NCBI GenBank assembly: GCA_030390025.1
Contig: CM059438.1
Span: forward strand, 55,492,001 to 55,556,000
Length of the DNA: 64,000 nt
Direction of reading: 5' to 3'
Source: Squalus acanthias
Taxonomy: Eukaryota
The first letter of the stretch is position 1. Every line of letters starts with the position of its first letter. Of this stretch, positions 12,493-24,500 are shown piece by piece. The notes under the pieces were generated by a model. It had not been told where the DNA came from and did no database searches. It saw nothing but the letters and a program-made list of their open reading frames with translations. Both the position numbers and the translations under genes were made by a program.

Positions 12493-14421
12493 ATAGAGTC
12501 ATAGAGTTATACAGCACAGAAAGAGGCCCTTTGGCCCATCGTGTCCGCGCCGGCCATCAAGCCCTGTCTATTCTAATCCGATTTTCCAGCACTTGGTCCG
12601 TAGCCTTGTATGCTATGGCGTTTCAAGTGCTCATCTAAATGCTTCTTGAATGTTGTGAGGGTTCCTGCCTCTACCACCCTTTCAGGCAGCGAGTTCCAGA
12701 TTCCAACCACCCTCTGGGTGAAAAAGTTTTTCCTCAAATCCCCTCTAAACCTCCTGCCCCTTACCTTGAAACTATGCCCCCTGGTTAGTGACCCATCTAC
12801 AAAGGGGAAAAGTTCTTTTCTATCTACCCTATCTATGCCCCTCATAATTTTGTACACCTCAATCAGGTCCCCCCTCAGCCTTCTCTGCTCTAAGGAAAAC
12901 AACCCCAGCCTGTCCAGTCTCTCTTCATAGCTGAAGCACTCCAGCCCAGGTAACATCCTGGTGAATCTCCTCTGCACCCTCTCCAATGCAATCACATCCC
13001 TCCTATAGTGTGGCAACCAGAACTGCACACAGTATTCTAACTGTGGCCTAACTAGCGTTTTGTACAGCTCCATCATAACCTCCCTGCCTCGGCTAATGAA
13101 GGCAAGTATCCCATATGCCTTCTTAACCACCTTATCTACCTGTCCTGCTGCCTTCAGGGATCTATGTACATGCACACCAAGGTCCCTCTGATCCTCTGTC
13201 CTTCCTAGGATCCTACCATTCATTGTGTATTCCCTTGCCTTGTTAGTCCTCCCAAAATGCATCACCTCACACTTTTCAGGGTTAAATTCCATTTGCCACT
13301 GTTCTGCCCATCTAACCATCCCGTCTATATCGTCCTGTAGCCTGAGGCTTCCCTCCTCGCTATTTACCACCCCACCAATTTTCGTGTCATCTGCGAACTT
13401 ACTGATCATACCTCCTACATTCATATCTAAATCATTAATGTACACTACAAACAGCAAAGGACCCAGCACCGATCCCTGCGGTACACTACTGGACACAGGC
13501 TTCCAATCACAAAAACAACCTTCGACCATCACCCTCTGCCTCCTGCCACTAAGCCAATTTTGGATCCAATGTACCAAATTGCCCTGGATCCCATGGGCTC
13601 TTACCTTCTTGACCAGTCTCCCATGTGGGACTTTGTCAAAAGCCTTACTGAAGTCCATGTAGACTACATCAACTGCACTACCCTCATCCACACACCGAGT
13701 CACCCCCTCGAAAATTTCAATCAAATTGGTCAGACATGATCTCCCACTGACAAAGCCATGCTGACTATCCCTGATTAATCCCTGCCTGTGGAGACTAATT
13801 CTGTCCCTCAGAATTTTTTCCAATAATTTCCCTACCACTGATGTTAGGCTCACTGGCCTGTAATTCCCTGGTTTATCCCTACTACCCTTCTTGAATAATG
13901 GTACTACGTTAGCTGTTCTCCACCTCCCCTGTGGCCAGCGAGGTTCTGAAAATTTGTGTCAGAGTCCCTGCAATCTCCTCCCTTGCCTCACACAGCAGCC
14001 TGGGATACATCCCGTCAGGGCCTGGGGATTTATCCACTTTTAAGCCCACTAAAACCGCTAGTACCTCCTCCCTCTCAATACTAATTTGTTCAAGTATATC
14101 ACAATCCCCCTGCCTGATTTCTATGCCTACATCACCCTTCTCCATAGTGAACACAAATGCAAAATATTCATTTAAAACCTCACCTACATCTTCCGGCTCT
14201 ACACACAGATTGCCACTTTGGTCCCTAATGGGCCCTACTCTTTCCCTGGTTATCCTCTTGCCCTTAATATACTTATAAAACACCTTGGGATTTTCCTTTA
14301 TTTTGCCCGCCAGTGTTATTTCATGCCCCCTCTTCGCTCTCCTAATTTCTTTTTTACGTACCCCCCTACACTTTCTATACTCCTCTAGGGCTTCCACTGT
14401 TTTTAGTCCTTTGTATCTGCC
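12493..14421 (-). mobile_element. 5'-truncated CR1 (same subfamily as 2982-7310)
   Basis: RT ORF 12573-13853 is nearly identical to 5195-6577; the tail faces left. Confidence 0.95.
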
Positions 14422-14423
14422 AC

Positions 14424-15110
14424 ACAGACCCGGTCACTCAGACCCGGTCACTCAGGCCCGGTCACTCAGGCCCGGTCACTCAGGGTCACTCAGACCCGGT
14501 CACTCAGGGTCACTCAGACCCGGTCACTCGGGTCACTGAGACCATGTCACTCAGGGTCACTCACACCCGGTCACTCAGGGTCACTCACACCTGGTCACTC
14601 GGGGTCACTCAGACCCGGTCACTCAGGGTCACTCAGACCCGGTCACTCGGGGTCACTCAGACCCGGTCACTCAGACCCGGTCACTCAGGGTCACTCAGAC
14701 CCGGTCACTCGGGGTCACTCAGACCTGGTCACTCAGACCCGGTCACTCACACCCGGTCACTCAGGGTCACTCACACCCGGTCACTCAGACCCGGTCACTC
14801 AGACCCGGTCACTCAGGGTCACTCAGACCCGGTCACTCGGGGTCACTCAGACCCGGTCACTCAGATCCGGTCACTCAGGGTCACTCAGACCCGGTCACTC
14901 AGACCCGGTCACTCAGGGTCACTCAGACCCGGTCACTCGGGGTCACTCAGACCCGGTCACTCAGACCCGGTCACTCAGGGTCACTCAGACCCGGTCACTC
15001 AGGGTCACTCACACCCGGTCACTCAGGGTCACTCAGACCCCGTCACTCAGACCCAGTCACTCGGGGTCACTCAGACCCGATCACTCAGACCTGTTCACTC
15101 AGGGTCACTC
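14424..15110. repeat. GGTCACTCAG / GGTCACTCAGACCC minisatellite, right part
   Basis: Same units as 12233-12492. Confidence 0.95.
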
Positions 15111-15794
15111 CGATTGTCACCATCGCTCCTCTTGATCCTGCGGAAACCCATCGGTAGCTGATTAAAACCCAACAGTGCTTTAAACTTTAAGATTAAAAGC
15201 AAAGCCCAAATTCTGCAATCGGAATGTGAGATAAGGCACATTCCTTTAACTTGTTTTGACGTTTGAAAGTCATTGTTTAATTGTTTGATTTTTTTCTCTG
15301 ACCCCGAAGTATCTTTATCTGATTGGCCCTCAGACCTTGTCCACTCCTTCCGTCTCCTGGGTTGTGGCCTTTTGACTTGTCTGTCCTCAGTTATTGTTTC
15401 ATGCAATCCTCTGCTGCAGTTACTTCCAGCTGGTGTGCTGTCGTGTAGTGGGTATGTTACTGGACGAAGGGTCGCCAGCCCTCCAGGATTGGCCTGGAGT
15501 CTCCGGGAATTGCAGATTAATCTCCAGGACACTGCAGTGAGCAAAACCGGGAGAAAAACCATTGGGGCTTTAAAAAATTGGGAGATTTTTTTCATTTTGT
15601 TTGAACACTTATTCATTTATTAGTTATAAAAATATCAGAGATGGGGAAAAAAGTCTGTTTGACCGAGAGTCAAGAAACACCCACTCGGGTAACGACGTGT
15701 CTGTTCGCTGCCCAATTGGCCGTGGGAAGGCGGGGCACCGAGGATGGACGTGTCGGGTGACCAATGGGGAATATGGCCAGCCAGAGTTGGACCA

Positions 15795-16155
15795 ATAATC
15801 CACAGAACATGAGCTCACATCCCACCATGCCAGCTCGAGGATTTGAATTGAGTATTTAAAATAATCTGGAATCTGGTATCAGTAAAAGTGGCCGTGTCGC
15901 TGTCGGAAAATCCCATCTGGTTCACTAATGTCTCTGGGGAAGGAAACTGCCTGGCCTACATGTGACTCCAGTCCCACGCCAATGTTGTTGACTCTGAACT
16001 GCCCTCTGAAGCGACCTAGCAAGCCATTCAGTTCTTTCAAAACCTCTACAAAGAACAAGAGCAGCGGTTCAAGAAGAAGGCCCACCACCACCTTCTAAAG
16101 GCAATTAGGGATGGGCAATAGATGCCGGCCTTACCACATCCTGAAAATGAATTTT
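15795..16155 (+). mobile_element. SINE-like element sharing its 3' tail with the LINE at 43304-43890
   Basis: GCAGCGGTTCAAGAAG..CACCACCACCTTCT..GGCAATTAGGGATGGGCAATA at 16061-16120 matches 43789-43850. Confidence 0.6.
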
Positions 16156-16889
16156 AAAAAATAAGGCTTGTAACAGTGGCTAACTTCGAACTTTGCCACT
16201 GGCACCTCACTGGTTAAAGTTAAATGCCTGGCGCTGATTCTGTCACTTCACCTCTCTCTGTCTGTAGTGATTCGGGGACCCTGTTAATGGCATTAACACT
16301 AGCTGGAGGCATGTGACTTCCGATTTCAACGGTCACACCTCTGACAGAAGCAGGTGCTGCATCAAATAAGAAAATTTTGGGGTAAAAATTCAGTTGGTTG
16401 CGCCTCCCGTTAGCGCCTTAAGAGGGCGCTAATGGGGCGCAAAGCCGCTAACGCCCGGGCGCAGCGATGTTTGCGCCGCTCGGGAACTTAACTTGACATT
16501 GTGCGGCGGCGCTAAAACTTACCGCTGCGACCACCTGCGCGCGCAGATTGTGACGTCATTCCATGGTGCAACGCCCTTGTGGCGCCCCGGAGCGGAAATT
16601 GAGTGGCGCCCCCTGCCTTACCGCCTGGCGCTTCCAACGACCGGAAGACTGGAACGCTATCAATCGCTGTGGGGCTGGGGGGGGCGCTATTTAAAGGGGG
16701 CCTCTTCCTGTCTTTTTCTGTGGTCGACATTTATGCACCACTCATTCTGAGAGAGAGAGAGAGATTCGGAGAGAGAGAGAGAGAGACTTCTACATTGACT
16801 CAACGCTTTGTGAGGTAGTTTTGCCTATTGATCCTAACTTTGCTGCTACTTTAGTTGCTGTCCCTCATTACTTTGCTTGCAAAGAGAAT

Positions 16890-18050
16890 ATGGGGGCTGC
16901 ACTGATTGGGGGCGTCGTCCTGCTCCAGCTGAATCGGAGGATACAGAGACGCAGAGAGAGAGTGGCAATGATGGCCAGACGGAGGAGGGCCATCAGGCGT
17001 ATGTACAGGAGAGCTTACCCTCCCAGGGTATATCGTGAACAGCTCTCCTACATCCATATGTCCGAGGAGCTGTGTTTGCGAAGGCTGTGATTCAGCAAGG
17101 AGGTGGTCACTGAGCTCTGCCACCTGCTGCAGCCAGATCTGCAGCCTCAACTGAGGTCCAGGACGTCTCTGTCGGTGGCAGTGAAGGTCACAGTGGCTTT
17201 GAACTTTTACGCCACTGGCTCATTTCAAGCTGCTGCTGGGGACCTCGCCAATATCTCCCAGTTCGCGGTGCATTGCTGCATCCGGCAGGTCACAAATGCC
17301 CTCTTCAGAAGGAGACGAGAGTTCATCTCTTTCCCCATGACCCCAGACAAGCAGCGTGACCGCGCTCTGGGCTTTGCGAGGGTAGCGGGCTTCCCCATGG
17401 TGCAGGGCGCCATTGACTGCACGCATGTGGCATTGCGTGCTCCGCGTGAGAATGCCGAGGAATTCAGGAACAGAAAGGGGTTCCATTCCTTGAATGTCCA
17501 GTTGGTCTGTGACCACAGACAGCTGATACTCGCTGTCAATGCCCAGTATCCTGGCAGCTGCCACGATGCTTTTATCCTGCGCCAGACTACTGTGGCAGAA
17601 CTTTTCGAGGCACCGCATCAGCCAGTTGGTTGGCTTCTCGGGGACAAGGGGTATGCATTGAGCACCTGGCTGATGACACCGCTCCGTACGCACAACACCC
17701 CTGCTGAGCTGCGGTACAATGAGAGCCATCAAGCAACCAGGAACATTATTGAGCGCACAATCGGCGTGCTGAAGCAACGGTTCCGCTGTCTGGACCATTC
17801 CGGAGGAGCCCTGCAGTACTCGCCTGAGCGAGTATCGAACTTCGTAGTCGTGTGCTGCATGTTGCATAACATGGCAATCCTCAGGACCTAGCCAATGCCA
17901 CCAGGCCTTGGAGCACCACCAGAGGAGGAGGAGGAAGAGGAGGAAGAGGACGAGGACGATGATCATCAGCAGCACCAAGGCAGGAGGGCGGCCCACAATG
18001 GTCAAACTGCAAGGGCCGTCCGTCAACGGCTAATAGCAAGCCGCTTCTAG
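16890..18050 (+). pseudogene. Harbinger DDE transposase (HARBI1-like), 386 codons with two premature stops
   Basis: GAIDCTHV, RKGFHSLNVQLVCD, PGSCHD, LGDKGY, IERTIGVLKQRFRCL, CCMLHN, then an acidic run and RQRLIASRF*. In-frame TGA at 17088 and TAG at 17889; no frameshift. Confidence 0.92.
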
Positions 18051-18344
18051 GGCCCCTGCCATTGCTACCAACATTAATGAACCCAGCACGCAACCCCTAA
18101 GCCGGCCAAGGCACCAATAATTCCAACCACCAACCATGTATATTTTGAATACAGAAACTTATTTATTTTACAAACTCTGTGTGTGTCAATTCCTCATGAC
18201 AAACTCATAGAAATAAACACAAAAAAACAGTCAATAACATAACTGGTTCTCACAACCTGGAGATAATGTCCAAAACACTAAACAAAAGTTGGACCATGAA
18301 CCTCGACCTTTAATAAAAAAATGACCAGCATTTTGTCACACCTC

Positions 18345-20335
18345 CTACTTTTTGCCCTTCGAGGGTGATCTCCTTCCCTTGCGCACTTCCCCCCTTCTAA
18401 CCCTACTGCTCCTCCGTAATGGGACCTCAGTGGCTGCAGCAAGGCTGGTGGAAGGCTGCTGCTCGTCAGACCCTGACACTGCAGATGCCCCTGAAGGACG
18501 GCCTCGACCACTTCTGGGCCTGGAGGGCCCGGCTGCAGACTGCACCAACTCTGCATGGGCGGCAGCAGTCTGTCCTACAGGCGGTGGCAAGTGCAGTGGA
18601 GAAGTGACAGTGTTGGCAGCAGGAATGCTGTCATCGTGAGAGAGGACAGCAACTCCCTGCTCGCCCGACACACTGGCACTCCCACGGGGCAGCACTTCAG
18701 CATCCGGAGCAATCTGCCGGAGAACAGATTGCTGGCCTGCTGCGGCGCGGTGACAGCCCCGGGGACATGTGCACGAACCATCGAGGTTGGCAGCAGTCTG
18801 TGCTCGCGTGGCCTCCATCTGAGTCTGTATGAGAGCAGTCAGAGATGGGATCACGGCAGCCAGTGACTGAATTGCAGCACTAAGCGTTAGTGTGGCATCC
18901 GCCTGTGCTACAGCGAAGTGCTCCACACTCCTTGCCAGTGACTCAATGCATTCGGGCACCCTTCCCACTGCACCCATGAGCTCAGTGTGCATGCCCACCG
19001 CCTGGGTGTTCATTTCTGCGATCAGCCGCTCCTCCTCTGCGTCCATTGCAGTAGGAGTGTCTGGCATACTCTCCCTCTGGGGAGAAGGCCCCCGTTCTTC
19101 CCTACCCCCCCCCCCCCCATGGCGTTGCTGCAGCCCGCTGGGTCCTGGAGCTTCACCCTCATCAGCCCCTTCCCCCCTGCTCCCCTCCGGGGAAGGCGTG
19201 TTCCCAGTGTGGGCATGGGCTTCCTCGGGAGAGGGTGGCACTGATGCTCTGGCTTCCTCTTCCTCCTCAGCTGCAGCATCACTCCCAGTGGCAGCTTCAG
19301 GGCCCGTCTCCTCAGCTGGTGAATCACCATCTGAAAGCAGGGAGGTACAAGAGTGGCTTTAGCGTGAGGACAGGGTGGCAGTAAGGGAGGAATAAGTGCA
19401 GCGAGTTAGCAAGTTGGATTGAAAGTATCAAAGGCTGGTGTTGTGAGGGACAAGTGGAAGGACAGAGGACAAAAAGGTGATGACCTTACCATTGCTGTCC
19501 AGAACGGGGTCGGTGTCTCCAGTGGCGACGGGACCGATCACCCGGCTTGCCACAATCCTGTGGACGCGCTCCTCAAGATCGCTGAGGGGTTGCAGCTGAG
19601 GCCGCCCTCCACCTGTCCGTTGCTGCTGTCTCCTATTACGAGCCAGCTTGGCCTGCAAGAAAAAGGACAGCATCTGAGTAAATATACAGCCATGGTGTTG
19701 CCTGATGTGCCTCCCATAGGTGAATAGCCCTTACTGTATGCAGCCATGGTGTTGCCTGATGTGCCTCCCATAGGTGAATAGCCCTTACTGTATGCAGCCA
19801 TGGTGTTGCCTGATGTGCCTCCCATAGGTGAATAGCCCTTACTGTATGCAGCCATGGTGTTGCCTGATGTGCCTCCCATAGGTGAATAGCCCTTACTGTA
19901 TGCAGCCATGGTGTTGCCTGATGTGCCTCCCATAGGTGAATAGCCCTTACTGTATGCAAAGTGTGGAATGTGTGTGTGTATTTGATGAAAGGGCCATAGG
20001 TGTTGGATGAGTGTTGTGCATTGGGGTTTTAAGACCCTCTGGCCATAGAGTGAGGTTGAGATGGAGGGATGGAGAGGTATTGAGAAAAAGCCACTCACCC
20101 TGACGACCCGAGTGAGGTCGTTGAACTTTTTGCGGCATTGAGTATGGGTCCTGGGCACCATGCTCCTGGAGGAGACGCTCTGAGCCACCTCCCTCCACAC
20201 TCTTCTGAACTCGCGTGGCAAAGGCCTCCTGCCACTCTCAGGGAAGAGCATACATCGTCTGCGCTCCACCGCGCCAACCAGAGCATCCAAGGCCTGCTCG
20301 GTGAAGCGATGAGCGCGTTCTCTCACCCTCTCCAT
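18345..20335 (-). CDS. Harbinger Myb/SANT-like DNA-binding protein, 3 exons, 461 aa, intact
   Basis: Exons 20335-20099, 19652-19490 and 19330-18345 with GT-AG introns (phase 0, phase 1) give 1386 nt with no stop. Motifs RFTEQALDAL, WREVAQSVS, RTHTQCRKKFNDL, RTGGG. Confidence 0.85.
19687..19956. repeat. 5 x 54-bp perfect tandem repeat in Myb intron 1
   Basis: Unit CAGCCATGGTGTTGCCTGATGTGCCTCCCATAGGTGAATAGCCCTTACTGTATG at 19687, 19741, 19795, 19849, 19903. Confidence 0.97.
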
Positions 20336-20796
20336 GCTTGGCAGCAAAATGGATTCACAGGTCTCTCCAGGCCGAGATTCAAGGCTGCAATGAGCAGGGT
20401 GTGGCTGGGGAGCAAGTGGCCCCCCCCGCTTTAAGAAGTGGCCGGCGCCAGTGTGTCTGTGTTCCCTCGCTAACTGGCAGCAGCTGCGCTGCGCTCGCGC
20501 GCTGAGTTAGCGCCTCACTCCTTGGCCTTTGCACCTTAAGACAGGTGTGCAGCGCCTGCTTTAGCGCTCCACTCACCTCCCGGGGCGGTAAAAGTGAAGT
20601 TTCCAGTCAGTGCCGATAATTAGCGCCAGGCGCTAATATTTGCGTCCAGACGATATTTGCGCCCCAAATGGGGCGCGACCTAATTTCTACCCCTTTCTGT
20701 ATTATCTCTTGTTATGTGACCATGGATAGACCCAGAGCAGGACAGGATACTGATTAAACACAATGGCAGAGGGAGTTGGAAAACCCCACTTTGTCC

Positions 20797-20910
20797 TTTT
20801 CCCACATTACAACAGTGACTCCACCTCAAAAGTACTTCATTGGCTGTAAAGCGCTTTGAGACATCCAGTGGTCGTGAAAGGTGCTATATAAATGCAAGTC
20901 TTTCTTTTAT
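20797..20910 (+). mobile_element. SINE 3' fragment (same family as 21212-27478)
   Basis: Matches 27365-27478. Confidence 0.75.
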
Positions 20911-21044
20911 TTACAAGGTACGTCCCAGATAAACTGCTGAAGTACGGCCCAGTCAAAGCTTCAGATAGACGATTAGGGTCCATGATGCAGAGTGGAACTA
21001 GCGGCCATAGTTTAAATGTGTTCGCATCCTTTCTCCCTTTTCCC

Positions 21045-21200
21045 CACCATCAGTGGCCATAGCTTCAGCTGCCTGGGCCCCTTGCACTGGAATTCCCTCC
21101 CTAAACCTCTCCGTCTCTGCAACCTGACTCTCCTCCTTTGAGATGCTCCTTAAAACCTACCTCTTTGACCAAGCTTTCGTTCCTCTTCCTGATTGCTCCT
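21045..21200 (+). mobile_element. L2 3' fragment
   Basis: Matches 10840-10975 (CTTAAAACCTACCTCTTTGACCAAGCTTT). Confidence 0.65.
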
Positions 21201-21211
21201 GCTTTATCAGA

Positions 21212-21520
21212 GTGTCAGCTGTGGCTCAGTTGGTAGCACTCTCACCTCTGAATCAGAAGGTTGAGGGTTCATGTCCCACTCCAGGGACTTGAAAACATAA
21301 ATCTAGACTGATCCTCCAGTGCAGTGCTGAGGGAGCGCTGCACTGTCGGAGGTGCCGTCTTTCGGATGAGACATTAAACCGAGGCCCCGTCTGCTCTCTC
21401 AGGTGGACGTAAAAGATCCCATGGCACTATTTCGAAGAAGAGCAGGGGAGTTATCCCCGGTGTCCTGGCCAATATTTATCCCTCAACCAACATTAAAAAA
21501 AACAGATTATCTGGTCATTA
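21212..21520 (+). mobile_element. tRNA-derived SINE (SacSINE1/DeuSINE-like), 5' part
   Basis: A-box TGGCTCAGTTGG and B-box-like GGTTCATGTCCC. The body continues at 27319-27478 after a CR1 insertion and ends in an L2-type tail. Confidence 0.75.
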
Positions 21521-24500
21521 GCCAGGGCACTGCTGACTCATCTGAGTCGCAAACAGTATAAACAAAGGGGCCTGTGAGTGCAGCCAGCACAGAGTGAACA
21601 ACTGTGAGTTTGGTAAATGTGAGAGTTTTAAGGGTTAATCTCTTTTAAAATCTAGTGTTAATTGCTAGTAGCTCTTAAGTAAGATCAACTGTTTAAGTTA
21701 AAATTAAAACTTTGAATTTTTAAGTTTCTTCAGGCTTAAGCAGAGACAAACAAGCAAGTGCTCCTGCTGGAGAGCTGCTGTAGTTAGTTAATTAGCTAAC
21801 TAGATTAAACACATTCCTGAAACCGTAGCAGAGCAGTGCTGACTCATCTGAGTTACAAACAGTATAAACACAGGGGCCTGTGAGTGCAGCGAGCACAGAG
21901 TGAATAACTGGGAGTTTGGTAAGTGTGGGAGTTTGGTGAGGTGGGGGAAGGAGGTGCTTGCTTTTCCTAACTTCTCCCGCAGAGCGGCGGTGGACCTGAG
22001 CGGGAGCAGACCGAGGCCCGAGAGTGGGGATAAAAGCAGCAGCAGACCTGCATCAACAAGAGAAAACGGCAGTGTGACGTCACAGGTAAGGCAGGTAAGT
22101 GATTGGTGGTGACTGTGGGCTAAGTTTTAAGTTAACATATAACTAAATTTTAAAAACTAAAATTAATTTAATTAATTGAATAAACTAAACGAAGTAAATA
22201 ATTTGATTAACACTAAATTAATTAATTCAATAAATAAATAATGGGAGAACAGGAGATGTGTTGCTGCTGCAATATGTGGGAGCTTGTGGACATTTTTGTC
22301 CAAGGCGACAACATCTGCAGTAAGTGTTTGCGGCTCGAGGAACTTCGGCTCCGAGTTGAGGAGCTGGAGTCCGAGCTGCAGACATTGCGAGACATCAGGG
22401 AGGGAGAAAGTTACCTGGACCTTTTGCTCCAGGAGGCAGCCACACCCCTTAGATTAAATACTTTAGAATTGACACGTGGTCAGGGACAGGAGGGTGTGAC
22501 TGCGAATGAGGCAGGTACGGGGACCCAGGAGGTAGTATTGCAGGAGCCTCAGTCCCTGCACTTGTCCAATAGATTCGTGGTTCTTGCAACCCTTGTGGAG
22601 ACTGCGGGGAGGACGAGCAAACTGAGCACGGCACCGTGGTACAGGAAGCCGTTCAGGTGGGGGATGTAAAAAGGAAGGTGGTTGTAGTCGGCGACAGTAT
22701 AGTTAGGGGGATAAACACTGTTCTCTGCAGCCAGGGGCTTGAGTCCCAAAGGCTATGTTGCCTACCCAGTGCCAGGGTAAAGGACATCTCCTCCGGGCTG
22801 GAGAAGAACTTGGAGTGGGAGGGGGTGGATCCAGTTGTTGTGGTCCACATGGTACCAACGACATAGGTAGGACAAAGAAAGAGGTTCTGCTGAGAGAGTT
22901 TGAGCAGCTAGGGACTAAATTAAAAAGCAGAACCACAAAGATCATAATCTCTGGATTATTACCGGAGCCACGAGCAAATTGGCATAGGGTCAATAGGATC
23001 AGGGAGATGAATGTGTGCCTCAAAGATTGGTGTGGGAGAAGTGGGTTTCAATTCGTGGGGCACTGGCACCAGTACTGGGGAAAGAGAGAGCTGTTCTGTT
23101 GGGACGGACTACACCTGAACCATGTTGCAACCAGAGTTCTAGCGAATCGAATAACTAGGGAGGTAGATAGGGCTTTAAACTAAATAAGGGGTTGGGGGGG
23201 GCAGGGTCCCGGTGGAGAGAAATCTAGAATGCTAAAGAGAAAAGACAAGGAAGCAGTGCAGGAAAGTGATTGGGGTAAGGATAACCCGATTGTGTCAGGA
23301 AGGGACAGAGGGTACAAACAAAGGAGTGCACTAACAAATAGGGTCCGGGTAAGAAAAAATGGTAATAAGACAAATAGGGCCATGTACAAAAAAATGTTAA
23401 GATGTCTAAAAATGTTAAAAAGACAAATCTAAAGGCACTGTATCTGAATGCACGAAGCATTCGTAATAAGGTAGATGAATTAACAGTGCAAATAGATGTA
23501 AATGGATACGATATAATTGCAATTACGGAGACATGGCTGCAGGGTGACCAAGGCTGGGAGCTGAATAGCCAAGGATATTCGATATTTAGGAAGGACAGGC
23601 AAAAGGAAAAGGAGGTGGGGTGGCGTTGTTAGAAAAGGATGAAATCAGAGCAATAGTGAGAAAGGATATTGGCTCAGAAAATCAAGATGTAGAATCAGTC
23701 TGGGTGGAGCTAAGAAGCACCAAGGGGCAGAAAACATTGGTGGGAGTTGTCTATAGGCCTCCAAACAGTAGTGATAATGTAGGGGATGGCATCATACAGG
23801 AAATTAGAGATGCATGTAACAAGGGTACTACAGTAATCATGGGTGACTTTAATCTACATATAGACTGGCCAAACCAAATTAGCAATAATACTGTGGAGGA
23901 TGAATTCCTGGAGTGTGTACGAGATGGTTTTTTAGACCAGTACGTTGAGGAGCCAACTAGGGAACAGGCTATCCTAGATTGTGTATTGTGCAATGAGAAG
24001 GGGTTAATTAATAATCTTGTTGTGAGGGGTCCTTTAGGGACGAGTGACCATAACATGATAGAATTCTTCATTAAGATGGAAAGTGAAGAATCCAATCTGA
24101 AACTAGGGTCCTAAATCTAAACAAAGGAACTACGAAGGTATGAGGAGTGAGTTGGCAATGATAGATTGGGGAGCTTCATTAAAAGGCATGACGGTGGATA
24201 GGCAATGGCTAACATTTAAGGAACGAATGCATGAATTGCATGAGTTATACATTCCTTTCTGGCGTAAAAACACAAAAGGAAAAGCGGCCCAACCATGGCT
24301 AACAAAAGAAATTAAGGATAGTATTAGATCCAAAGAGGAGTCATATAAAGTTGTCAGAAAAAGTAGCAAGCCTGAGGTTTGGGAGCAGTTTAGAGTTCAG
24401 CAAAAAAGGACCAAGAGATTGATTAAGAGGGGAAAAATAGAGTATGAGAGTAAACTTGCAAGGAACATAAAAGCGGATTGTAAAAGCTTCTACAAGTATG

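Larger units (their letters stand above)
16379..20693 (+). mobile_element. Full-length PIF/Harbinger DNA transposon (4315 bp)
   Basis: TIRs GGGGTAAAAATT / AATTTCTACCCC, 3-bp TSD TTT (16376-78, 20694-96), convergent transposase and Myb/SANT genes. Confidence 0.95.

Noticed and set aside
14544..15161. 205-aa repetitive ORF (also 12178-12504 and 29151-29669)
   Set aside because: Minisatellite translations.
15095..15616. 173-aa minus-strand ORF as a host exon
   Set aside because: Starts in a probable MITE-like repeat (~15467-15790) and ends in the minisatellite; no recognisable domain or convincing splice pair. It cannot be fully excluded without RNA-seq.
17220..18026. 268-aa antisense ORF over the transposase (and similar antisense ORFs over CR1 RT)
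   Set aside because: Shadow ORFs from codon bias on the coding strand.
19687..19956. CRISPR-like array
   Set aside because: Head-to-tail identical units with no unique spacers, in a vertebrate intron with no cas genes.
21212..21292. tRNA gene
   Set aside because: tRNA-like SINE head that continues into a SINE body, with a degenerate B box.
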